64,000 nt of DNA from Proteromonas lacertae (Eukaryota), in assembly GCA_002245135.1 (NCBI GenBank), contig NGBS01000032.1:1-64000 (forward strand). The letters are read 5' to 3'. The notes beneath the pieces are model-generated. The model was not told the origin of the DNA, did not search any database, and was given only the letters and a program-made list of their open reading frames with translations. The position numbers and the translations under genes were made by a program. Shown here piece after piece: positions 41,001 through 55,372 of the stretch (position 1 is its first letter; every line of letters starts with the position of its first letter).

Positions 41001-44000
41001 AGTAAAAGAGATGATGTTAAAAATGAATGAAAAGATAAAAGATAAAGATGAGAGAATAAAAGAATTAGAACAGAGTAATAATGAAATGAGTAATAAGTTA
41101 GAAAATATCGAGATGAATGGAAATGAATTGATAGAGAAACTTGAATCAATCGAAAGAATAAAAACTGAATTAGAAAATGAATTGAATGTATTGAATGAAA
41201 AGTTAAATCAATCGAATCAAGAGAAAGAAGAAATACAAAAGTCAAAAGAAGAAATAGAAAGTCAATTGAATGAAATGAAAGAAAATGAGAATCAAGAAAA
41301 ACGAAAAAGTAAAAGAAGAATGATGTTAAAAATGAATGAAAAGATAAAAGATAAAGATGAAGAATAAAAGAATAGAACAGAGTAATAATGAAAAGATAAA
41401 AGATAAAATGAGAGAATAAAAGAATTAGAACAGAATAATGAAAGAATAATAAGTTAGAAAATATCGAGATGAATGGAAATGAATTGATAGAGAAACTTGA
41501 ATCAATCGAAAGAATAAAAACTGAATTAGAAAATGAATTGAATGTATTGAATGAAAAGTTAAATCAATCGAATCAAGAGAAAGAAGAAATACAAAAGTCA
41601 AAAGAAGAAATAGAAAGTCAATTGAATGAAATGAAAGAAAATGAGAATAAGAAAAAACGAAAAAGTAAAAGAGATGATGTTAAAAATGAATGAAAAGATA
41701 AAAGATAAAGATGAGAGAATAAAAGAATTAGAACAGAGTAATAATGAAATGAGTAATAAGTTAGAAAATATCGAGATGAATGGAAATGAATTGATAGAGA
41801 AACTTGAATCAATCGAAAGAATAAAAACTGAATTAGAAAATGAATTGAATGTATTGAATGAAAAGTTAAATCAATCGAATCAAGAGAAAGAAGAAATACA
41901 AAAGTCAAAAGAAGAAATAGAAAGTCAATTGAATGAAATGAATGAAAAGTTAAATCAATCGAATCAAGAAAAAGAAGATATGATAAAATCTTCAGAGGCA
42001 GTAGAAAATGAAATAAATAGAATGAAAGAAGATCAATTCAGAAGTCATAATGAGTTAGAAAATCAATTGAATCAGTTGAAGGAAGAAATATACCTTATTA
42101 ATCAACAGAAAGAAGTGGTGAAGAAACAGAAAGAAGAAATGGAAAATGAATTAAATGAACTAAAAGAACAACTACATCAATCCAATCAAGAGAAAAATAA
42201 TATACTGAAAACCAAAGAAGAATTAGAAAAAGAGTTGGAGAAGATGAAATCTTCAAGGTCTAATACAACTGATTATAGTGATGATCCAAAGTTTATAGAA
42301 TTAAATGAAAGAAAAGAAAAGTTAAAGAATGATTTTATAAACCAAAGAATATCTGAAAGTGATTATTCAAAGCAAATGAATGAAATTAATGAAGAAATAA
42401 TGTCATTTGGTGATTCAATTGCAATAGGAAGTGGTAAAAAAGAAGAAGAAACTGTAGTAGAAGAAGAAGAAGATAAAAGAGAAGTTGATTCAAATATCGA
42501 TGAAATAAAAGAAGAATTGAAGAAAGTTATTCAAGAGAAAGAAGAAATAAATAACAAATACTTAGAATCTCAAGAAATAATAACATCATTAAGAAATGAA
42601 ATTGAAACTCAAGCAAATGAGAATAGTGATTTATCAGAAGTAAGAAATGAGTTAGAATCATTAAGAAATGAATATAAGAAATATAAAGAAGAAGAAAGTG
42701 TTCCAAAAACTCAATATGATGATATGATAAATGAAGGAAAGAAGTTAGAAAATCAATTAAAGGAACTTCAAAAGAATGTTGAAAATAAGTCACCTAGAAG
42801 CAAACAATCCAGTGAAGTTGATGATAATAATATTCCATTTACCTTTAAACAACAATATGAAATATTGAAAGTATTATATGAAGAAATAAGAAAAGAAAAA
42901 ACTGAATTGAATAAAGAGAAGAAAGGTTACGAAAACACAATAAAAGAATTAGAAAATGAAGTTGAATATTTGAGAATGGAATTAGAAAAGAATGAAGTTT
43001 ATCCAAATGTAGAGATTGAATCTTTACAATCATATATTAATGGATTAGAAATGAAAGAAGGAAATGAAGAGTGTATTAGAGCAACTAAAATAATACCACA
43101 ACCACCGCAACTACCAATAGCAAATGAAGATAATTCACTTGAAATACAACTAAATGAAGAAAAAATGAGATGTGAAAAATTGTCATTCCAATTAGAAGAA
43201 GTGAAGAAGAAATATGATGAGTTATTATCATCTACTGAATCACATGAATCATTAGAAACTTCTATATCATCCACCAATAGTAAAGAAGAAGAAAGTAATG
43301 AAGGTGATAAAGTTCAAAAAGAATATGATATCTTTAAAAAGAAGAGTATTCAAGTAATAACTAAGTTCAAAAGTCAAATAAAAGAATTACATCAAAATAT
43401 AAAAGAAAAAGAAGAGAAATATGATAAATTATTAAAGGAATATAACGAAATGAAAGAGAAATATGAAGAAATCGTTAAACAATTGGATGATATAAGAAAT
43501 AATGTCGTTTCACCTTTAGAAACACCAACATCATCACCTGATGTATCAGATATAAGAATAAGATATGAAAGATTACAAACTCAATATAAAGAATTAGAAT
43601 CAATATCTATAGATGAAAAGAAATCATTACAATCTCAAATGAATACTTTAGCAAGTGAATTAGAGAATAAAATCAAATTAACTGAAGAATATGAAGTAAA
43701 TACACCTAAATTACAATCAGAATTAAGTATAATACAAGAAGAGAATAACAAATTAAAGAAAGATTTAGAAGTTAAAGAAAATGAATTGAAAGAACTATCA
43801 AGGAGAGTAGAAATGACAAGAGATCAATCAACAGTTCAATATGATGAATTAGAAAAGAAAATAAAAGAAAAAGATGAATTAATTCATAAATATGAGTCAG
43901 ATTTAACAGAAAAGGGAATAAAAATATTAGAATATGAATCAAAGATGAAGAAAATAAAAGTAAAGTGGCAAGAAAAAGCTGGTGAATATGAATCAACGAT

Positions 44001-45203
44001 AAAGCTAATAAAAGATGATAATAAAGTAAAATGTGATTTAATTATCACGAAGGATAAAGATTTAGAAGATTTGAAATTGAAATATGATAAAGATATGAAT
44101 GATTATGAAGAAAAATATAATGAATTAGATAAAAGATATAAGCAATTAGAAAATGACTTATCAGAAACCGAAGTGAGATGTTCTGATGCTGAAATGAAAT
44201 TAATTCAATTGCAATCCAATACAAAATTAGATGTATCAAAAGTAGAATCATCTGTGAAAGAATATGTATCTGAAATAAACGATTTGAAAGCTGAAGTTGA
44301 AAGTAAAACGAATTATCTTCAACAATCTGAGACAAAATATAAAAATAGAATTGAGTACTTACAGAAGTCAGTAGATGAGAATGAAGAGAAGAATAAAAAT
44401 CTGAACAAGGAATTAGAGAATTTAAAGTTAGAATTTGATAATAAAATAAGAGAAGTAAACAAAGAAAAGATAAATATCCATAAAGAAATGAGTGAAAAAG
44501 AAATACATTACAATACACTTGCAGTAAAAATATCAACTTTAGAGAATGAATTATCAGCAAAGAATGATGAAATCAAAGATTTAAGAAGAGAATTGAAGAT
44601 AAAAAATAGAGAAAACAACAAAGAAAAAGATGAGCGAGATGATGATATTGAAAGTGAAAATATAAAAGATAACGAAGTTTCAAACCAATTGAATATGATT
44701 AATGAAGAATTGGAGATGAAAAATAATGAGATTGTTGAAAAATCAACCAAATTGAATGAATTAAATGCTGATTTAAGTAAGAAGAATGAAGAAATTGAGA
44801 AAATGAGAGAAGAGATAGAATTATTGAATAAACAGCTTGATGAAGTAAAGCAGAATGAAACAGCTTGGAATGAAAAGTATAAAAATCTTGAAGATAGATT
44901 TAGCCAAGTAGAGAAAGATGTAAAAGTAAAAATACCAGTACCAGGTGAAGAAGGAAAGATTGATATGAAAGATGTTCAAGAAAACTATGTTACTAAAGAA
45001 GAATATAACAAAGTAGTAGAAGAAAATGTAGAAACATTAGCTGATTTGAACAAAAGAATACTGGACTTACAAGAACAGAATACAGCATTATCTGAATCAG
45101 TAGAACAAGCTCATGCACAAATAAACACATTAATGAAGCAAAAACCAAGTATATATTATAGTCATCTTATTTATTGTTTTATATAGAAGGATTTTGGGGT
45201 TAG
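38081..45203 (+). CDS. Giant E/K/N-rich coiled-coil protein (~2300 aa) with an internal tandem array; several apparent frameshifts
   Basis: Four 5' tiny introns join ATG 38081 to the 38431 ORF; continuous heptad-rich ORFs; a last intron gives the C-terminus KQKPKGFWG*. Confidence 0.75.
39802..41976 (+). repeat. Coding higher-order tandem repeat: unit A 84 bp (28 aa), unit B 222 bp (74 aa), order AABAB-AABAB-AB*-AB-A-partial A
   Basis: A = NEKLNQSNQEKEEIQKSKEEIESQLNEM; B = KENENKK...ELNVL. Units are essentially identical at nucleotide level except the scrambled B at about 41278-41549. Confidence 0.95.
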
Positions 45204-45452
45204 AAGCTGCTTTGCTTACTGTTTTCCTAATAAATGCTTATTTGTCTTTGTTATGTTATTTTTATCATTTATATATGTATGTTATGGTACAAAAAATCTA
45301 AAAATTCCAAAATTATCATCTCTTGTCTTCTGTAAATGCAGAAAAAAATAAAAGTATTAATCCAATTTCAAACTGTCGTTTTGATTTTTTGAATTTCTCA
45401 TTTAAATTATCTAGTTCATTTTTTCTTCTTTTCCTTCTAATTGTATTAGCAA

Positions 45453-45762
45453 ATGCCTTCAAGCGATTTAGCCAATAGAATAGAATACTCTGACAAATAT
45501 TCAGACGATCAATACGAATATAGGTATTTTAATTTGTATATATTTGTGTAGACATGTAATATTACCTAAAGAATTAGCCAAGCAAATAGAAAAACAAATG
45601 TTAGCTGGTCAACTCCTTTCAGAAGCTCAATGGCGTGGATTAGGTGTGCAACAAAGTCGTGGTTGGGTTCATTATGCTATACATCGTCCAGAGCCACATA
45701 TTCTTTTATTTAGAAGACCATTAGGAACAGATCCATTAACAGGTAAAGTGGTCAATCAGTAG
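45453..45762 (+). CDS. CKS1: Cyclin-dependent kinase regulatory subunit; 2 exons
   Basis: [19 protein letters not shown]...[33 protein letters not shown]. Confidence 0.97.
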
Positions 45763-45946
45763 TTTTTTCTTGGATGTCAATAAATTTATTTAATTATATA
45801 ACTATCTTAATAATTAGAGTGTGTGTTTGAAAGCTCTAACTTCACAAAAATAGAAAAGAAAGATAGAAAGATACAGAAATGTATAGTGATAAAAAATAGT
45901 TTGATAATCAAATACTTTAAAAATCACTGAAGAAACATTCTATAAA

Positions 45947-48900
45947 ATGAAGATTTCTTTAGTATTGTTGCTTATATTAGTGGCATCATGCCCTTTATCC
46001 AAGGCATTTAAAGTGACACTATCTTGCGATGATGCAAAAGCTCCAGTGACCAAGGATAGTGTGATAGTTACAATATCTTTTGAAAAGTATAGATATATTT
46101 GATATATATGCTATTATAGAGGTGTATATGGATTAACCACAAATTTCATGAACTACGAGAAGTTCGAATTAAGTGAAATGAGCGGAGGACCAGAAAACTA
46201 TACAGTAAGAGCGAAATTTACTGACCCAGAAAATTGGGGAGAATCAAGAATATGGCTTGCAGCAGGTAGAGTGTCAACTCCACCAGGAGAAGAAAGAAAC
46301 GAAGCTTCCAATGTAGTTGGCGTTACTTATGGTCCAACAATCCAGCAATCATTCACAAGTTGCTATGAAATTAAACAAACTCACCCAGATTACAAAAGTG
46401 GTTTGTATTACACTACATACGATGGTAAAGTAGCTCCTACCTTAACTTATTGTGAGCAAGAAAGAGGTGGTGGTGGTTGGACATTATTCTATGCTAATTC
46501 AGGAAGTCCAGATATGAGAGTGAAAAAAAGTTACAACGAATACTCAAACGATAAACAATTCATGTCATTTGATGATAATTATTGGAGTGTTGATTTACAT
46601 GGAATGGTAGATTACAACTTATTAGAGAATTCAGTCTCCTTAATGGGCGTTGATCTAGGTAGTCATTGGAAGGAAGGTGAATATGCATATATTACATTCT
46701 CCTCTAACACTGTATTAAATGCATTCTTAAGTATGACATTAGTACAAGGTACATCCTGTGGTAGATTACCAAATAACGATTATTTTAGATATAGAAACAG
46801 TAATGGTGTAAGTTACTTGGTAAATACAATAATGAATTGGAACAATGAAGGTTATGGTTGGCAAGATTGTATGTCTAACGATATTCCTGATACTCCAGGT
46901 AGTAATGTAGAAGCTTATCCAAGACATATTATTTATATGATCAACTCTAATAAAGATGATCAAAGAACTAGAGGTATATTTGGTTTTAATAGTGGTGCTG
47001 CTGATTCAAAGGCAAGATATTTCTTAAGAAGATCATCTGCATCTGTTAGTCCAACTGTAGATTTAATGCCAAAGACTCCCTACTCGTCCACATCTATACC
47101 TGTTGCAATTACTATTGCCTTCAGTGATTCAGTTAGTGGATTAACAGAGAAAGGTATTGAATGTAGTAAATGTAAAGTATTGTCTGTATCAAAATCAACT
47201 ATTAATAGTGCTATTTGGTATGCTGATATTGAACCTGAACAATTTGATACTACAACTAAGATGACTGTTACTGTTAAAGCTGATGCTGCTCAAACTAGTG
47301 GTGGTAAAGGTAACTTAGCTTCTTCGCCAATGGAGATTACATTATCTAATGATTTACAAGTAATTAAATTCCCTAGTAAAACTGAGTGTCCAATGTGGTT
47401 AGAATCATGGAAATCTAATGAAGCTGGTACTATGGTTGCTGAATTTGGTGTATCTGCTGGTTCAGAATTTTCGGTAATATTTTCCCCGAAAGGTGATATG
47501 AAAGGTGATTATTATAAGATATCCTTAGCTGGTGGTGATAACTTGAAAAAGATTAAATATATCAAACATAAAGGCGAAGAAGATAAAGAGTTAAAATCAG
47601 AAGATATTGAAATTTCATTTGGTACAGGTATTACAATAGTTTGGATTAAGTTTGATACTGATAAATTCACTGTTGGTACTGGTATTACACCTGGTAAGAA
47701 TGAAAAATCAAGTTGTCAAGATGAATCAGATGCATTAGCTGTACAATATGCCTCATTCTGTGGTAGTTCATATTCTATTGATTATCATTACATATTCGTT
47801 GGTCCAAAAGGTAGTTCTACTAGTGTTGATGTTGTTGTTAGTTCAACCTCTCCCAATCCAACTGCAGATCCATTTACAGTAACTGTTACAACCTCTCAAA
47901 ATATTCAATCTTATGATAAAACTAAATTGATGGTAGGTGGTAAGAATCAATGGATCTCTGATATTGAAGTAGTGAATCCAAGACAAATTACATTTATAGT
48001 AACTCCTAAAGTTGATAAAGATCAGGCCATAGCTATCTCTGTATCTGCAGAATGTTTTACAGATCAAACTGGAGTAAAGAGTTCAGCATCTAAAGCATAT
48101 AACATGAGATATCAAATATCTCCATTAAAACTGGCATTTTCAACGGAAGCTGCTGTTATTACCAGTATTCCAGTGACAATTACATTAACATGGAACAGAG
48201 CTGTGAAAGATTTTAAAGGTGATTTATATTCAATTGATGGCTATTCATGTATGAGATATTACTTTAATAAGATCTCTGATACTGTATCAACTATAGTAGT
48301 TGTACCTGAATCTGATAAATTAATATTAGAAATATATGATAATATGATTCATGATATGAATGGAAATGGATGTGTTTATTCAAGAGCTGAATTTGATACA
48401 AGTAATGTTAAGAAATTGACTGTAGATAATTATAATAACTTCTTTACTTGGATGGATACATGGAAATCAGCTCAATCAGGTATTGCATATGCTAAATTCA
48501 AGGCATATACTGATAGTGGTGTATCTGTAATGATATCTAATCAGAAATCAGTTAGTAATGAAAGATATACTATTAATATAGGTTGGAAAGATGAAAAAGG
48601 ACAACCTAATATCAATCGTATCTATAAAGAAGATACATTATTGAAAGAAGTAATCCATAACTTTGATTTAACTACAGTAGGTACCGATTTATTCGTATAT
48701 CAAGATGTTGGTACTAAGAAATTAAAGATAGGTAATGGAACTGATATTATGAGTGAAAAGAATACGTTTATTACATTAGATGGTGCTGATGGTCAAGTAC
48801 AATACTTTAGTTTTGGTTCTAATGGCAATAGAATTATTTATGATATAACAGAGATTGGTCCAAAAGATAGTGGTTCATCACCATCATGTGTGATTGAAGT

Positions 48901-51900
48901 TGGCACTGATACAATCAAAGAAATTGAACTTTATGCCATTAGCTGTAACAATTGTATTTTCCAGAGAAGTATCTAAATTTACTAAAGAAAAGATTGAAGT
49001 AACTGGAGGTACATTCTATGAAGAAATGAGTGTAATTAATGCAACTTCTTATTTAGTATATTTATATCCAAATAGAGATAGTTCGACTGTAAAGATTATT
49101 GTTCCTGCTAATGCTGCTATTGATAAATCAACCAGTATTCCATCTACTGCATCTAATGAGATTGTATATAATCTGGAAGATGATATTACTCAAGTAAGAG
49201 TTCCACCATTAAAGAACGAATTTAAAATATTCTATAAATCATTCAAATTCGCTGATACTCAAAAATTGAATTTATTATTTGATGTTTTTACAACTGGTGG
49301 TGGTGTAAGAGTAGCATTATCAACAAATAATCAATTAAATAGTAATTATTACTTATTTGAATTTGGTGATAAATCTAATTCAAAGAACTCAATCAATTTA
49401 GTAAAGAAAGATGGTACAAAAGAAGAATTAGCAAGTTATGATAAAGCAACAGTATTACCTAATACCTATACAACATTATGGTTATCAATAGATTCAGGTA
49501 GAATCAGAATGGGTTCAGGTGATACAGTTGATTTACAACCTATCTGTGATACAACACAATTAAATATTATACCAATTAGTTACTTTACATTAGGTAGTAA
49601 TAATGATGTAATTACATACTCCAATATCGTAATTGGTCCAGTAAAGAGTGGTTTCTTTGTAACGTTGAAAGCTGATTATAAGCAACCATTAGATACCTTC
49701 CCAGTACATGTTACAGCTACATGGAGTGAAGCAGCTAAAGATTTCACTGTTACATCAATCTCATCAATCAATTGTAAATTATTTAACTTTTATAATAAAG
49801 ATAATGGTAAGAACATCTTATATACATTTGATGTTATATTCTCAGGTAGTAATGATTGTAGTTTTAAGATTGATGATAATAAAGTCCACAATATGAATGG
49901 CAATGGTAATACAGCATCAGAGCCAATAGTTATCTTTCATTCATCAGGTATTTATAATTATGAAATCACATCTCCCAATAAGAATGATTATAAGATATTC
50001 TATGAGAATTGGAAGTCAAATTCTACTACTGAATTATACAGTACATTCTCAATGAATTGTAAGAGGGATGCTTATGTTGGTTTAGTTAAAGATGAGAATG
50101 CTGAAGTAATCTATCAAATAGTATTAGGTGCTGATGATAATACTAGAATATTATTACAAAGATATAATAGAAAAACAGGTGTATCAAGTACAATAGGTCA
50201 AAAAGGAAATCCAGTTTGTGCTGAAGGCCAATTTATTGATTTCTGGATTGAATTTAAAAATAAAGAAGGTACTGTTGATATAAATGTCGGTGCAGGTACA
50301 GTAATTGGATCAAGTCCCTTAATATCAGGTTCAGATTATGACAGTAATGTTGAAGCAAGATATGTTACCTTTGCTAATAATGAAGATAATGTTTATATTA
50401 AGAAGATATTAGTTGGTCCAGGTAGTGGTGATACTGATCCTCCAAAACCAATAATTTATACAAATACTGAAGGTACATGTACTAGTATTCCAGTAAGTGT
50501 AGATATCAGCTTCAGTGAACCAGTTACTGCATTAAATAAAAACAGTTTAGAAGTTACAAATGCAAAGATTGTTGATTTCTATGGTTATACTTCATATGTA
50601 GTTAAATTAATGCCAATTTCAACTTCATCACCAATGACAATTAGATTGCCAAAAGGAGCTGTTCAAGATATGACTGGAAATCCAAGTGTAGAGTCTGAAT
50701 TATTATCAATTACCTTTGATCTATCTGCAATCTTTGATTATGAAATATCTGAAAGTGTAACTGATAAATATTTATTGTGGTTGGAACAATGGAAATCATC
50801 ATATGAAGGCAATATGGAAGTTACATTCTCATTAGCATATACCCAAGATTTCTGCGTTGGTATATTATCAAGTCCAAAAGATGAATATCCAATATTCGAT
50901 TTCTGTTATAATCACAATAATGTTAAAGGTTTAGTATTGAGAAATGTTACTGGTACAGAAAAGACAATATTAAAGACAGTGTCAGTTGATTTACCTTATG
51001 ATTATTATGGTGTTCCATATTATGTATCTTATTCTAGTAAAAATAATACTATTAGATTTGGAACAGGTACATATTCTGACCATCAAATTATATTGGAATA
51101 TAACTTGGTAAATGTTACTAAACAACCACAATATGTTTCATTCACAAGTGCTGACAGTTATGCTACATTCTCTTCTATTATGGTTACTCCTTATGAAGGT
51201 GGCAGACCTTCAGTCAATATAGAATCATTAACACCATTACCAGCAACTGTTTCACCAATTAAGATGAAAGCAACATTCACATTAGCACCATCTAGTTTCA
51301 GTGGAAGTACTTTAACAGTTACCAATGGTGAAATTATCAATTTGAGTGGTACTGGTACAATTTATACATTTGATTTCTTGTCTTATGGTAATGGTTCAAG
51401 TACAATTCAATTACTAGAGAATAAAGTATTTTCAAGAGGTCGATATGGTAATATAGAATCACCACTAATCACAGTTTCATATGGTGAAAGTATTACTGAT
51501 TATGAATGTCCAGCATTATACAGTAACTTCATTATTAAATCACCTGTTTGGAGAACTAACTCTTATGGCACTTTATGGACTACATTCTCTGTTAGATGTA
51601 GTAATGAACTACTGATTCGATTCTCACCATGGTTACAAGGTGGATTCCCTAATTATATTATTAAATTAGGTAATAAAGAAAATAGTATTACTAGAGTAGA
51701 AGCAAAGAAGAGTTATGAAAGAAAATTTGATAGTGTTCCAATGTGTAATCCTTATGCATATTTCGATTATTGGATTAGTCAAGAAAATAGTATAATTTTA
51801 ATCGGTTCAGGTTCTAAATTAAATGATAAAGTCATATTCAAATATGATGAGACTCAAGCCGTACCAAGCCATTATGTATCATTCTCCTCTATATCATCAT

Positions 51901-54900
51901 CAGTGAGTTATAGAAATATTCAAGTAGGACCATCTAATTCAACAACATTAGAATGTTTCTTGTATTCTGATGTTACTTTCCCCACTAATGTTACTAATAT
52001 TCCAGTATATATACAATGGAATAAACCAGTGAATAACTTCACAATTGCTTCTATCCAACCATTATATGCTAATGTAGATAACTTTGAAAAATTAAGTGAT
52101 AATAATGATTTCTATAAATTCATTATGACTCCTACAAGATGTGGTTTCTCAAGTGTTTATGTTAAAGAAGGTGCTGTTACAGTTGATGGTATTGAAAGTA
52201 AAGCTTCTGTTCCATTATACGCTGAATATTGTAATCTAAAACCAGTTCCTAGTTTAAGAACAACAGCTCCAAGTCATTATTCAGCTTCTACTCCATTCAC
52301 TATTAGAATTACATTTGCTACAACTGTGTATGGTTTTGATATTGGTGATTTTGAATATCCAAATTATGCTTGGTTACTTAGTTTCAGATCTGACTCAGAG
52401 ACTTCTTATATATTAGAAGTAGCTCCATATGGTAATGCCACTGAAAATGTAAATATTAGAGTAAAACCTAATAGTTTAACTGATTTATATGGTAATCTCA
52501 ATGAAGCTTCACAAACAATCACATTACCACTTTATAATACAATAGTTGATACATTCACAATTGCTACTAGTTTATTTAATGATGTATTGGTATTAAAACA
52601 ATGGAGTACTGGTTTAGAAATGAATTCATGGATTACATTCAATGGAAGATGTACAAAGGATTTATTTATCACATTCTCTAAAGAATTAGATTCACCAGAT
52701 AAGGACAGAATTAGAATCATTGTAGGTGGTGCTGATAATAGTAGAACTCAACTCATTGTAAGAGGTCATGAATATGTAGTAAAACCAATAGGTCCATGTA
52801 TAGCAGGTGAAGATGTGAAGATGTGGGCTAAATTCGATAAAAGATTAATTCAATTTGGTACTGGTGAATTAGGTGAATCAGTAATAGCCTCTTATGAAGC
52901 AACTGAAGATTTGCCATTTAAATATCTTGGTTTGTCAAACTGGATTGCTCCTGTTTATTATAGAAATATTAAGATTGGTCCAGCTGATGCAATTCCACCA
53001 AGAACAAGAACTGTAGCTAACATTAGAACTCAAGTCACATCTACTAATCCAATTCATATTAATGTCACATTTACTAATGATTGTCTTAACTTCGATAAGA
53101 GTATGATTACATTCACTGAGAATGGTAAGATTGGTGAAGTAACTCAATTATCTAATACAATTTATACATTCGATTATACTGGTGTTGAAGGTGAGAATCA
53201 TATTGATATTCCACAAGGTATTTGTAATGATACAAGTGGTAGACCTAATGATGCTGCATCTCCATTCTATTATACATATCAATTTGGTGTTTTAACAGGT
53301 GAATTCTCTACAGAAGTTCCATCCATTACAGCTCAAGCTCCAATTTCAGTCACAGTTACATTCTCTGCTATTCCAACTGATTTTTCACTCGTTTCTATTG
53401 AGATAACTGGTAGTGATGGTTATTTAGGTGAATTAGTTAAATTAAGTGAAGATCAATATTCATTCAATGTATATGTAACTGATACTGAAGCTTCATATTT
53501 GTCAATTCCATTCAATACAATTCATGATAGTTTAAGAAATGGAAATATTGAAATTGGTCCATTTGCTTTACCAAGATATGCTGAATCTTTAACCACCTTC
53601 AATGCTCCTGAAAATAGAAATAGTTATCCTTATTTCGCTAGTCAATGGACTGCTGTTCAAAGAGGTAATGTCAATGTTAGATTCCGAGCTAAGTGTACAG
53701 ATGGTATTATTGTTGGTATTAGTCAAAATATGAGTCCAAAAGATGAATCAGGTTATATTGCCTTTAAATTAGGTATGTCTAATAATAAATTCAGTACAAT
53801 CAGTCATGGTAATAAAGACTTTGCTACTAAAAATGTAGGTTTCTGTGCTGGTGATGATAAGGATGTAGATGTTTGGGTATTATATACAAATGGTAAAGCT
53901 TCTGCTGGTACTGGTGCAACTGTTGGCAGTGATACGAAGATAGAAGCTACTATTCCTGAAGCTGATCGATATGGATTTAAATTCGTTTATTTCTCTAGTC
54001 ATACAGCTAAAGTTTTATATTCATCTATTAATATTGGACCAGCAGGTATTATGCGACCAAAATTATCAATCGAAACATCTAGAGGTGCAGATGGTGCTAT
54101 TGCAGCAATGATGACATTATCATCTGATGGTAATGTCTGGTGTGTAGCATTAAAGAATCCATCTAATAGACCATCTATTATTCAAATGTTGAGAGGTGCA
54201 ACAGCTAAAGTAACTAGTCAACCATCATCTGTAGTTGTAAACGGTTTATTAGGTGGTACAAGATATGATTTATGGTGTTATGCTGAAGATAATAATGGTG
54301 TTTCAATTACTAATGATAATATAGACAATGTTAAACAGACTATAACTACAAGTGGTTCATCTAGTTATCCAATTGTTACAATAAAGACTATTGTTGGTAG
54401 AAGTACATCTATATATGTTGAATTTGACTTAACAATGGCTGGTATTATATATGTCTTACCAGTATTAACAGGTTCATCTGCTCCATCAATTGAAACAATG
54501 AAATCAAAAGGAACAAATGCAACATATATACTTGGTATTTCAGGTACAATAATAGTTAGTGGTTTAACTACTCATACATCGTTTGATGTTTATTTCTATG
54601 CTGAATCTTATGCAGGTTCACAACCACAAGAAGAAGTCGATGGTTCTAAGAGAACAATAAGAACAGATGCATCATGTCCAATTGTAGATGATAAAGTATG
54701 TGCTGATCATGGTAAATGTAATGACGGTATCTGTGAATGTGAATATGGTTATCATGATAAAGATTGCGCTGTTACTTGTCCTGGTACTAACTTCGCTGGT
54801 CATGTTGAATGTGCTGGACATGGTACTTGTCAATTGAATGGTAAATGTCAATGTGATAGTACTCTATATTTAGGTGATGGATGTAATATGCAATGCCCAA

Positions 54901-55199
54901 ATGATGGTATTGAAGCATGTGGAGGTATCAGTCATGGTACTTGTCAATTCGATGGTAATAAAGCTTGGTGTGAATGCAGAGATAATTGGACTGGTAAACA
55001 GTGTACTAAGATGCCAAGAGGACCTTTAGGTGCTGGAGCTATTATTGGTATAATTTGTGCAAGTTTGGTTGGTTTATGCATTATTGGTATTGGAAGTTAT
55101 TGTTATTGTAGTGGACCATCAGTAGCTCGTAAATCAACAAAGAAGAGCAAGAAAGGAAAGCATCATCACCATGATGGTGATTTATTGAGCGAAGTGTAA
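45947..55199 (+). CDS. Giant type-I membrane adhesin/lectin-like protein (~3070 aa): signal peptide, fibrinogen-C-like, ~12 bacterial-Ig-like, 8 FAMeT-like, 2 FN3-like, 3 EGF, TM
   Basis: Signal peptide MKISLVLLLILVASCPLSKA; one 5' intron; one frameshift near 48930; SCYEIK..SGLY..YC...GGGWTL; repeated V.ITFS.PV...D..GN..AS; C..HG.C EGF repeats; TM GAIIGIICASLVGLCIIGIG. Confidence 0.88.
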
Positions 55200-55372
55200 T
55201 TAATAAAACATAAAAACAAAAATTAGAGCTACTTTTAATAAAAAATTATTTCAACTTATTATTCATATGATTTCTCAATCTTAAATATTTGTGTTTTATT
55301 TTTCATCAATAATTTTCAATAACCAATTTTCATAGAAACTTCTAAAATTCTATTTTCAAAATCTTTTGCCCA

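Noticed and set aside
39776..41908. Long antisense ORFs (489 aa and 96 aa) rich in F/L/S
   Set aside because: They are mirror frames of the purine-rich coding repeat and are not protein-like.
39802..41976. CRISPR-like or satellite array
   Set aside because: No unique spacers; the units are codon multiples inside a coiled-coil CDS.
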